A stretch of 64,000 bases of DNA, taken from contig BDGG01000011.1 in assembly GCA_001949185.1 (NCBI GenBank), forward strand, positions 1,013,552-1,077,551. Reading direction: 5' to 3'. Positions 12,901 through 23,430 of the stretch are shown here, piece by piece. The stretch comes from Ramazzottius varieornatus (Eukaryota; Animalia; Tardigrada). Both the position numbers and the translations under genes were made by a program. Numbering within the stretch: the first letter of the stretch is position 1; each line of letters begins with the position of its first letter. A model generated the notes under the pieces. The model was not told where the DNA came from. It ran no database searches and saw only the letters and a program-made list of their open reading frames with translations.

Positions 12901-14030
12901 GAGCTTGAAACGTTGCTGGAGCTTGAAAATTCAACATTCAGTCCAAGTGCTCAGAAAAACGTTTCAGATTTCTTCCCAGGGAGTTTTAATTTCTTGGCGA
13001 TTGGTAAGACAGTACTCCAATAAGACAACCTTTTGGTTTCTGGAAAAAAGTGTCTCTGCTTGCTCCAGAGAATTGCGCGTTACAATCTGCCCCTTTTTTG
13101 ACTTCTCGAACTACCTCAAGAGTAAGCGGAATTGCTGATCACATTAACTATTCGAACCTGGCACCTTTCAGCACGCTACTGATTCCACCTTGTAAACGCA
13201 GAAGAGCACAATTCGGATAATTATTGTTCCACAGGTTCAAGAAATGCCTGAGATGCCTGAGAGCAACCTGTGGTGCTTCGCGAAGCAGATAGCTAATGGA
13301 TTGAAAACCTCCACGAAATGAAGATCAGCCACAGGGATCTCAAACCCCAAAACATCCTGCTCCACATAAATGGCACGACCGAGGAAGCCAATCTGGCATC
13401 AAAACCGTGTGAGCAAATCGTCCTAAAGATCGGAGATCTCGGTGGCGCAAAAAGTTTCGAGCATTCGATGAAGACCGTTGGAACTTCCACAGTTGGCACT
13501 TTCCACTATATGGCACCAGAAGTTGTCCGTCTGCCGTCCTAGTCTCCCAAGCAAAACAGCCTCTCTCATACTGCGAATGACTTTGCAGAATATGCTGAAA
13601 GAAAAAGACGATGAGCGGCTTAAATGCTGCGATCTACTTGACATGATTAATTTGTTGAACATGGACAGTATCGCAATGTTTCCGTCTCTAGCCAGTGACC
13701 AACCGGCCATCACTACGCAAGCAAACGAACCAGGTGACCCGCTTCCAGCTCAAATTAGTGTATCTGACGATACGGATAGCGGGAAGGCTGTGCTCGATCG
13801 CTCGCAATCCCAGCCGGCGCCGACCACGGTATAGAAAAACCCCCACGGCATCAAGCCCTCACTGAATGCTTTTTTGACACTGAATGGACTAAGTCCGGTC
13901 AAGTCCTTGAGTGGACTAATAGGTGCAAAAAAGGGATCAAAAGCACTGAAGGTGGCTAAGGTAGCGGCCGTCGTACTCGGTTCTGCGCTGCTGTCCGACA
14001 CCGAGTATCCGGAAGCTTACCCTACACAGC
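12901..14030 (+). pseudogene. Ser/Thr protein kinase pseudogene fragment
   Basis: ELETLLELE (subdomain III-like), then LWCFAKQIANGLK, a 1-nt frameshift, LHEMKISHRDLKPQNILL...LKIGDLGGAK...VGTFHYMAPEV and a stop. MLKEKDDERLKCCDLL resembles subdomain XI. Subdomains IX-X were not found. Confidence 0.7.
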
Positions 14031-14298
14031 GTAATCACAAATCACTTGACAAATACTGTAGTTTTACACAGTTGATTCAGTGTTGCTCCACGCATACTGC
14101 ACCGGTTCTCGAACAGGTTACATCTAGCCAACAGCTCGACAAAGGCTTGTTGTCCTGGTTACTAGCCTGCGTCGAAATACGATGGATAAATGGGGGCTTA
14201 GGGTATGCTAGAGAACCCAACAAGTTAACTTCCGAATTTTTCTCTACAATCTCACGTCAAAAAACCGAGGTTCCGAGAAAACCGATGCATATAAGGCA

Positions 14299-15159
14299 AT
14301 GTCAGCGAACAATGTCAGCAAACAGAAGCGGGTACGGTGGGATTTTGATGACAGGGACAGATTTGTACCTGGCTGTTTGGGCCATGGTGAGATTTCGAGG
14401 AACAGCCGCGTAACGGCAGAAAAAGTTCGAACACGCACGCTAGAAGATCAAAAGCTCTACTTGCAAATGCAGCTTTTCGATTATTGCTCGGACGGTCAAG
14501 CGACCTTCCATCTCTCCCCAAGCCAGTCGAGGTATGTCTGCCATGATTCAAAAGTCTCATTATCGACACTAGAGCTCCGAGCAAGCAACACCTGATGTTT
14601 AGTCTTCCAAAGTTAGGTAAATGGAGGACTTAATTATGAAAATACCGAGCAGGAACAAGTATGCGATGGAAACCACGGTTTCAACGTGGAGTACCGTATC
14701 GGTTGGGTGATTTGTTTTCACGTTGTAAGCCATCTTTATCTAGTAGAGCAACAGCAGTCATACGGTCCGGAGGACTACGAGGAAGTGCTTAGACAACTGG
14801 TAATCGGAATCACACAGCCTGCAGTACAACGATGCAGTTTCAGTGCGTTCGGACGCCGCGGAATGTACGAAGCAAAGACTAGCGGTAAGAAAAAGGAAGT
14901 TCTGTTTCAAGGAAAATTGCGTGTAACATCGGTAGGGGTAGGCGAATGGAGCTCCCAGCAGCATGCTAACCTTGTCGAACCCTTTGCCGAAGTCTACGCT
15001 AGCTACATACGCGCCATGTGCCAAGCCGAATTGATTGACAAACACACGCTGGTTTCGATGGCGAATGAGGCAGACAAAGTTGCTGAAGAAGCTCGCGACT
15101 GGATATACAACGCTGTTCGAAACACCGACAACATGCTGTCACAGTATCGTTCTTCGTAA
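14299..15159 (+). CDS. Hypothetical protein or decayed gene; exon structure unresolved
   Basis: Two protein-like ORFs (14299-14595 and 14686-15159) with splice-like sites, but I could not join them in phase without a stop. Confidence 0.3.
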
Positions 15160-16230
15160 TTCTGGACGATTGGACCATACCATGACCACCTCAGATATTT
15201 GTGGTTTCGTGGCACTGAATTGAATGCGAAAGTTGCCTGATGGACGCATCACGTGTACAGTGTGACCGCATCAACGGTCGCTCAGACTATACTACAAAAG
15301 CAATTTCTTCAATTATGAAACTATTTCTTATTTCATTTCAACACCTAAACAGCCGACGTCCCACTTCTCGATGTATGACCATAGTCGTACAGAAGACCGT
15401 CAATTGCGGGTTGGGACACATACTGACCAAGCTTTTTCGCTTAAACGTGCACAATCAGATAAATGTCTACATGAATGCATGATAGCTCTTTTTCGCAAGA
15501 TAAAAAGCATGCCAGCTATGAAAAATACGTTACGCTGACCCATGCCCGTGACTGTAGTTCTGTGTGCCATCTGATTCTCAAGGGGAAAGGGCTACAAACG
15601 TCGGATGATCGTTCAACATGCTAAGGAAGAGGAAATGGCGTACGGGTCCGGACCACAACCAAGTTGTTTGAATATATTCTCCAGTTTGATGGTAGAAAGC
15701 GGTATTCATTCAATAAACTTCATCTTGTGCAGAACTCGTCGAAAGGACAAAACCCGTTCGGGTTCAGAACGGGAGGAAAGAGTTTTCGAAAAAGCTTTAA
15801 AATACAGCGAAAGTTACTGAAACAATCGTAGGGCTTAATGACTTAGCCATGATCCCCCGGGCCTGATGTGCGAGCCTGTCATCTGACTGTGCAGTGTCTT
15901 GGAGGGAACGCTGAGGCAAAGTAAGTCTTACGTACCGATAGTGGAAAATTTGGGACGAGAGAATTCGTAGAGAAGATCACCACAAATTTGAGATTTGAAA
16001 GGAAAGACAAAACCCGCGTGGGCAACCTCGACAAAGGTTCCTCAAATCTCGGGCAAAATTTCGAGCAAATCGAACACTTTAAACTCCTATCCAGTTCCTG
16101 ATTCGTTGTCCCTCTTTGCTGAGCAATACCTAACAAACCGTCTATCGAAATAATAAGCAAACTTGACCACAACCAGAATAATTTTTAATCGAAAATTCAG
16201 CGCCAACTCAGACGCAAAATAAACCCCGTA

Positions 16231-16373
16231 CACGCAGCTGACTTAGTTATCGACCGAGACAAAATTAATGGCTACCGGCCGAAAGCGGCAGCTGCCAGCC
16301 GAACTGGAAGCGATGGCGCTTTCGGCAGGTGGCCAATAAGTTTTGTACGGCCAATAATTAAGTTAGGTACATG
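16231..16373. mobile_element. Degenerate TA-flanked MITE (family A-related)
   Basis: TA|CACGCAGCTGACTTAGTTATCG..ACAAAATTAATGGCTACCGGCCGAAAGCG and CGCTTTCGGCAGGTGGCCAATAAGTTTTGT..CATG|TA. Confidence 0.6.
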
Positions 16374-16530
16374 TAGTGAACATCGGTGACAGACATCATG
16401 TATAGAGGTAAGTTTTCATGTGATTGTGACCACAGATAAGCAAACGTGAGGGTGTACAAAAAATGAAGGGGACCTCATTATGTAAAAATTGGGACAGTGT
16501 CAGCGTGGTTGTTGTCCGGGACGATGACTG

Positions 16531-17520
16531 TTACTGGAGTGGTCCAATACGCATAGTGGGCATGATGATAGTGATCAGTATGGGATCAATCAGAGGCGTC
16601 AACGAGTACAAAGCTGTGCCGGCTTCCATCAGCTCCTGGAGTACCGTACCGCTAAAGACGGCAGTAGCGTAGAACACGATCAAGGGAGCCCAGCATAGCA
16701 CCGTTACAGAAGTCAGCACCAGCCAGACTTGAAAGTACGATCTTTCATTTACAACCCTTCGCTCCATCTGCGCCTGAGTTTCCTTGCTAACCTGTTGGGT
16801 GCTCTGTTGAAAACTCTGTACAGTCCTGGAATGTGTCGGGTGCGGTGCGTTCATTGCCGAGACAACTCTGTTCCTTCTTCGATGGCGTCGTTTGTACCAG
16901 ACGACTGGGATGGCTAGTGCCAGGAATGCCAAGGTTGAATCGTACAACAACCCTTGCGCCACCTGCCAGTATCTCGGATGGCTGGGAATGTCGAGAAAGC
17001 AGGGTGACCTCTCGAAGACAATCTTGGTAATGGTCAAACCAGGAACAGCGACGAGGTTGACGTACACCCACATACAGAGACAGACAACCACCGCTACTCT
17101 GAAGTGTTTGACTTGGGCGCGGTGGTAGTGAACAGGGAGGAACACCGCCCACAAACGGTTGAGAGTCAGCAAGATGTGGGAGTGGATGATGCACCCATGG
17201 ATGGCCCAAATGGAGTACTGGAACAGGAGGCAAGCACCGTACCCGAGGGGCCAGTTGATGTGGACGGAGCTGACAATGTCGAAAGGGAGGATGGTGACAC
17301 TGTAAGCCAAGTTGGAGATCGTCAGGTTGATTAGGTAAATGTTGAAAGCTGGCTGTGAGCGTTGGTTGATGACCAGCGGGACGAGGACCGCGCAGTTGAG
17401 AATGACTGCCAATGGTGTCAGAATTGATAGGAATATGGGGAGAAACGTCCAGTGTGGCTTTTCGGTCCCAGATGCCGAAATATTTTCACAGCTGCTGCGA
17501 TTGGTAAAGGAGACATCCAT
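16531..17520 (-). CDS. Intronless rhodopsin-like (class A) orphan GPCR
   Basis: Seven hydrophobic segments and N-terminal N-glycosylation sites (NRS, NIS). Motifs FNIYLINLTISNL (TM2), WPLGYGAC (ECL1), TLNRLWAVFLPVHY (DRY equivalent), LCWAP (TM6) and IDPIL (TM7). First ATG at 17520. Confidence 0.88.
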   Translation of the reverse strand: MDVSFTNRSSCENISASGTEKPHWTFLPIFLSILTPLAVILNCAVLVPLVINQRSQPAFNIYLINLTISNLAYSVTILPFDIVSSVHINWPLGYGACLLFQYSIWAIHGCIIHSHILLTLNRLWAVFLPVHYHRAQVKHFRVAVVVCLCMWVYVNLVAVPGLTITKIVFERSPCFLDIPSHPRYWQVAQGLLYDSTLAFLALAIPVVWYKRRHRRRNRVVSAMNAPHPTHSRTVQSFQQSTQQVSKETQAQMERRVVNERSYFQVWLVLTSVTVLCWAPLIVFYATAVFSGTVLQELMEAGTALYSLTPLIDPILITIIMPTMRIGPLQ

Positions 17521-18884
17521 CGTCGTGATCGTGGCTTGAGAAACCGGGCTAGACTGCGGAAAGGTCACAGGCTCAATTGTCAAGTCTGGAGAGGTGCTAT
17601 CAATCTGGTAGTAGGATGCTGGCGCGATTTAGTGTGGCAGTTGCGAATGAGAGACGCACCTTGCAACTGCACTTTTACATAGGTTACCTACATAGAGATG
17701 AAATAGAAGATGAAGTCGGTAAAGAAGACCCGCTGAGTGCAGAAACGCCGCTAGAGTGTGATGAACCCAACCAATTTCTTCGCACTGTTAAGGTTTAAGA
17801 GACCTAATTGGTCATCAAGTACTACAGTGAAGGTTATCAAGAGATCAGATGCCCCCAGCTGATATAGGATATACTTCAGCCAATTGAAATATTTGGTCTT
17901 CGACACATACGGTAAAAAACATCGCCGGAAATTAAGATCCCTTAGAATCACCGAGTGATCTACGATTTCACTTCTGAAATCTGAGTACAGTAATGCTTCC
18001 CCCCGCGACATTCACCTCGGTGAATTAGTCAGTTGTGCCCAATCTTTAGAAATTTGCTGAAGTGCACAGGAAATTAATGTGTCGTACTGTATGGCAGTCC
18101 CACTAGTAACCTTAGCCGGATTCTCCAGCACCCTCCTACATACAGGAAGCTGATAGAGCTCGGAGGACTGACCATTTCCTCTATCTTTTTTTAATCGCTT
18201 GAACAAGCTATGGTACGCGTAACTGCGTCACTCTAAACCAAATCTACCGCACCCTGCACTATATTTAGCCGCTTTTACACACTTCTGCATCACTCATCCT
18301 TCTTTGTGCAACCGCCATGAAACGATGCAGGCGGCGTTTCGGAGCTATAGCCGAAGTACTGCATATTCAAGCGCATGACACGTGAAACTGTTAAACTATG
18401 CAGTTCGAAAAGCAATGCTCGGAAGGAGCTAAGTGAATGCATGAAACGCCAGGAACGTGTCTGATTAGCCCAATTTCTCTCAGTACTGTTGGGGGATATC
18501 CGTCGGTTTCTTAGCGCTACTCATCCCGCGAAGGCTGTCTGGCATATAAGAACGCAAAGAAAGGCTGAGGGTCAGTTAACTAACACATGCGCTAACTACC
18601 AGACCGGGAAAATCAGGCAATTTTATTTTTTTTTGGGGAAGATTTTGAAGTTCCTACAGATATCTGCGACAACAGTGTCTGTTCTCGACCGTAGTGCCGT
18701 CTGCCGCAGAGCAGCTTCATTGAATGCATCTTGGTCTTGGCATAAGGAAACAGAATACATTAACTGAAAACGAAAAACCAGCCAGCTGGCTTTTCATCAG
18801 CTAAATATCGAACTCCATCTCACTCCAGTTATCGCAAAACGTCAGTGGAAATCGCAGATAAGTTTCAGTTCTGCACTAAACTGC

Positions 18885-19356
18885 CTAACGCTTTCCGTTG
18901 ATGCCCAAGCCCGGATATGGAACGTAAGGCCAGTGCCAAGAGCCCCAGCCTGGATAGGGGGATATTGCGTTGGGCGGGACGAGGTAAGGTGCAGCTGGGT
19001 ATCCGACTCCGCTCAGACCGAAAGGTAAAACACCGTATCCCATGTTTGGATGTGGTTGCCAGATGGCCGAAACTCCCATCGCTATACCACAGGAAAGGAA
19101 TGGAAGTACGTGAACGTGCGATATTACTGCTCGACAAGAAAATTCGACAAGATCGTGTTTCCAAAGTGGCGCACGCTTTCAGGAAGCAACGCGGAAAATG
19201 TGCGCCACCTGGAGAAGTAAATGGCAAGTCTATTAACCGCCGTCCCATAAGTGGGTGATAAATTGATGGGCGTAATCTAGTACACTTACCGAGAACACAG
19301 ATCCCGCAGAGTAATGTGAAAATCCTTGTTGAAAGTGTCATTCTGGCAGCTACCAT
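18885..19356 (-). CDS. Small secreted Pro/Gly/Tyr-rich peptide precursor (87 aa) ending in GKR
   Basis: Exons 19356-19290 and 19081-18885, phase-1 GTAAG..TAG intron: MVAARMTLSTRIFTLLCGICVLAMGVSA|IWQPHPNMGYGVLPFGLSGVGYPAAPYLVPPNAISPYPGWGSWHWPYVPYPGLGINGKR*. Confidence 0.75.
19130..19230. mobile_element. Intronic hairpin element (family C)
   Basis: TCGACAAGATCGTGTTTCCAAAGTGGCGCAC...GTGCGCCACCTGGAGAA inside the intron of the peptide gene. Confidence 0.6.
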
Positions 19357-20277
19357 CCCGGAAAACGAAGATTCAACTACGCCAACGAAGAAGCAAATAT
19401 ATTGACGGGCAAATGGTCAATTTTGGAAAAATCTCGGCATTGTCAGATTCTGTTCGCTAGTTCTTCAAAGATGACGCGAAGCACGGGAAAGATCTGAATT
19501 GAAAGTGATTAAGCCAACTGATCTCAGTGGCTCACCATCTTTACCAAATATAGAACCACAAACCAGGCTATACGACAAACGGACAAGCTTTTCTGCTCGT
19601 TAGAACACATTTTATTGCGCGATCACAGCAAAATTAATAATCTTCGCGGCGATGTATGAGGAACTACTGTGTCTAAGGAGTGAAGGAGAGCGATGTCGGT
19701 GTACTTCGTTGGGCGTGAAAGCGCTCCAAGGCCTGGGAAATGAGGACACTGCAATTATCGTTTGGTTCTTCACATCGCTTGATCGTACCGTCTTAAGATT
19801 CTTCTCTTTACGACGTAACCGGCATGGAGATTACAAGTCGAAAATCCCGGCGTAGTGATAACAGGTCTCGATCTCGGGTTTTCCTGCCTCAAACTGCTCT
19901 TTCTTGGTACCTAAATTAAGGAAAACTTGTTCTCATTCTTTTCGAACTTTCATGAGACAGAACAGAAGCCACATCGGTGAGATGTGATCCTTGAAAAGGA
20001 TAGGGATGTCGCGCAATGTTAATAGCCTCTGAGTTGTATTATGTTCAGACAATCAAGCATACAGATCATTGTTACGCTGTAATCTTCACACCGGATTTTT
20101 TGAGTTGAAATCTCCATGCCGGTTCCCTCGTATATTATTTCTAAAGATGCAAAAACGGGCGCTGAATCAGCAGCGGATAAATTTTCTGTTTATAAACGGG
20201 AACTAGAAATACTTGGAAAAGACGTGGTAGAATAGTCGAAATAAACGAACGACGAATAACGGAACTACCGTACAAAA

Positions 20278-21112
20278 CTAGCCTCGAGCCGGCTTGCTGT
20301 AAGGTTTACCATCATCATACAAAAAGAGATAAGGTCCATTAGCAAAAGGATAACCACCATAAAACCCAGGAAAGATGCCTTGGAAGGTCGGTCTGATTGG
20401 TCCCGGTTTGTACGTTCCATATCCCGACGATCCACCGTAACTTGAACCACCATAGCTCGATCCTCCTCCATATCCACCACCTCCGTAGCCTTGTCGCGCA
20501 TCACCTGCCACTGGTACGCCACCACCAAGTCCCAGTTGTCCATATCCACCCGCTGCTGCATTCAGACCTTCATATCCCCCACCAGGACCTCCGTAGCTGC
20601 CACTGATGCCCATCCCACCGTAACCCATACCGCGACCTTCCAGGGGAAGCACGTTGCTTGTCGGTGCGGAAGCCATGCCGTATTGTCCGACGCTGGACTG
20701 GTAGGGTGCTGGGGCTCCTTGATCGTAGGATCGACCATCGGTTATCATAACGCCGTTGTAATCGCCTCCGGGATTCCCATTACCGTATGGAGAAAAACCA
20801 GCCTGGCCAGCGTACGGATTGGGCATACCCGGGAACTGTCCATAACTCAACCCTGAAAGTCACAAAACGCTGCGTTTGAGAAACATGAAACAGAAGGGAT
20901 GTGGGGAAATGAACTGAACCAGACCGTCATCTCAGGTGGCGCACATCTTGATTGTTATAGCTGAGGCTGTGCGCCACTTGATAAGTACGATCTGCGTCAA
21001 ATCATTTGCCTACGTTGTAGACCTGGGTTCTACTGTGGAAGATCTTACCTATGCATGAGAGGAAAAAAATCAGCCCGGTTGGAGAGCTCTCCATCGTGCG
21101 CCGATGATTCAT
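20278..21112 (-). CDS. Secreted Gly/Tyr-rich protein (cuticle/eggshell-like), ~210 aa
   Basis: Exon 1 runs from 21112 (or 21094) to 21049, (MNHRRT)MESSPTGLIFFLSCIG, then a phase-1 intron. Exon 2 (20852-20278) is LSYG|QFPGMPNPYAG...GYGGGGYGGGSSYGGSSYGGSSGYG...KPARG*. Confidence 0.78.
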
Positions 21113-21662
21113 TCAACCACCAGAAATGTTCCTGGCAGAAATTACAGCGATGGTTAGCCGAAGACTTGGTTGGGAAACACTGTATGGGTGTAACGGTAGA
21201 ATGAAGTAGATCAGGTAGACCACAGCTTGAGCGTATCGAATGATTATATTTATTGAGGCTGATGAGCCATACTTTCCTTTGATCAGAAGTAATCACGGCT
21301 CATCTTCATGTTCATATTGACATCAATAACCGAGGTTACGACTTGAATGACTTCTGACCACTCCTCTCCTGACAGTCGATGTAACGTATACTACTCAGCT
21401 TGGTATGTAAGCCAGCGAACCAAGCACCCACAAGATATTTTACCTTATTGTTCTACATAGTGACCACTGTCCACCAAAACTCAAATACATAAACTGTTAA
21501 TGGGCAATTCTTCCTTTGAAAATCTCGAGTCGTGTCATTGAATCCTACCTTTTCGCACCAAACAGACTACAATATCCGTCTGGGTATTCCGAATATCCAT
21601 AAGAATTTCCACAAACCAAAAGTATTTATCGTAGAAGAAAAAAAAGGTGGTTCTAACCGTTC

Positions 21663-23065
21663 TCAACCGACAACGACTGTTCCTGAATCAGTAAACTCGT
21701 AAACAGGGACTTCCAAGTTGGCGGGAGCCGGGCCTTTCCTGATGCGACCGCTGCCATCGTAATGGCTACCGTGGCACGGGCAGTAGTACCTAAAACAAAC
21801 AGGAAAAAAATCTAGAAAATGTTGACAAACGAACTCGAGAAGATTCTTTCCAAGTGGCGCAACTTTCCACTGTTCTAGATGACAGAGTGCGCCAGTTGGA
21901 AAGATAGTTTTGCGGGTTTATCAGCCTAGGCGCGAAATGCTTTTCGAAATTTAGAAAAGGTTTACCCTCCAAATTCTCCAGAGTTTGGGATGGGTACACA
22001 TCCTAAATGGGTGCAGACGCCGATCAAAATCAGCCATTCGGGGTTCTTCACCCGTTGGTCATCGGTCTGCGGGTCTCTCAGAGTTCCCACATCGACGTTC
22101 TTTGCCTACAAGTACAACACTTTTTGTAACCAGAGTACTACTCCTAACTTGAGAAGCAAAGATGTACCTGTTCGATTATGTCCGGTGTTCGGTGCCAGAT
22201 GAAGAGTGGTTTGCCGCGCCATTGGAAGGTCTGATGTTTGCCTTCCGGAATATCGTTCAAGTTGACTTCCACTTTAGCCAAAGCCAACACGTCAGCTGAG
22301 GGACTCATTGTCCCTAAGAACTTTGTCACTATGTTCTTCGCTATGTATGTGGATCCGACGCCCAAAGCTGTAAAGGAAGCAAGAGCTTGAAAGAGGGAAA
22401 AAAGACATCGAACCAAGGCAAGCTCAAATCAACGGCACCAGTCAAACAATCAACGGATGACATCACCGTATCTCAAGGAATTTCCGAATGATCAGTGATG
22501 TCATGCGCAAATGTCAGCAACGACAGCGCGGCAGTCAAAATCAACAATCAAGCCATAATGACGAGGAAACCTGTCCCCAAACGGAAACGGGCTTTCAGGA
22601 GACATTCTCACCCGCAGTCATCACGTAAGTGAACGCGCGACGTTCGTTTGCCGTCTCAGAGCTTCGCACGGTGTTGCTTCTGTTAGAAGGACGTCGGTAG
22701 TAGGAGAAATCTGGGACTTTGATGTCCGTATGGGCGAACCGTCTTTGGTTGCACTGCACAGAATGAGCTGCCAAACAACCACTGGTTGAAACCCCGACAA
22801 CCTTTCAAACCTCAACCTTACCGTTCAAGTTCAGCGTGGCCTGGTTCAGGCATCCTGCAGTCAGCTTCTTGGATAAAGACCACGAGGTGCAGGGCTCTGC
22901 ATGAGGGATGATGGTGTCCTCATCGGGATTGGGAATAACCGAGCCACTGATGGGCTTGATAAAGCTATTCACAACGTGCACGGTTGGTCCGAAGGCGCAT
23001 GTTGCTGGCAAGCCGTGTGGCAGTACACCAGCTGCGATAGATTGCCTTCCTACGGCACTCAACAT
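21663..23065 (-). CDS. UQCRFS1: Cytochrome b-c1 complex Rieske iron-sulfur subunit, mitochondrial precursor
   Basis: Five exons. Presequence MLSAVGRQ; [17 protein letters not shown]; [38 protein letters not shown]; [11 protein letters not shown]; [28 protein letters not shown]. Both 2Fe-2S boxes are intact. Confidence 0.97.
21832..21918. mobile_element. Intronic hairpin element (family C) in the last Rieske intron
   Basis: AACTCGAGAAGATTCTTTCCAAGTGGCGCA...TGCGCCAGTTGGAAAGATAG. Confidence 0.6.
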
Positions 23066-23430
23066 CTTCACGAAGATGGACCACACGACGAGGCAAAGAG
23101 GGATCAAGAAAAGGGAAGAAAATACGACGACGAAAGAGAAAGATTTCGGGTACGACTTTGACGAAGGCAGTCGCCCTCCCAGCACATACCGAGGCGGTGC
23201 CGGATCAGCCTCGGAAGTCGGAACTTGGCAGGCCCGGCTGTTAACTGAAACTGATTGTTTAGCGTCAGGGCTGTGCCGTTAGCCCATAACCGGGTATAAA
23301 AAGTCATCACCCGCAGGGCACGCACGGGTGACCTGCGTTTCCAAAATTGAAAATTCGTTACACATTTCTCCACGTTCTTGAATTAACTAAATTTACCCTA
23401 AGCTTCCTGCCCTCGGCCTCAGGTTCGAGG
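23066..23430. promoter_or_regulatory. Probable bidirectional promoter between head-to-head Rieske and chromodomain genes
   Basis: Only 365 bp separate the divergent ATGs (23065 and 23431); a GTATAAAAAG TATA-like sequence lies near 23295. Confidence 0.5.

Noticed and set aside
18865-19356. 163-aa unspliced ORF
   Set aside because: It reads through an intron and a hairpin repeat; the spliced 87-aa product has a coherent signal peptide and composition.
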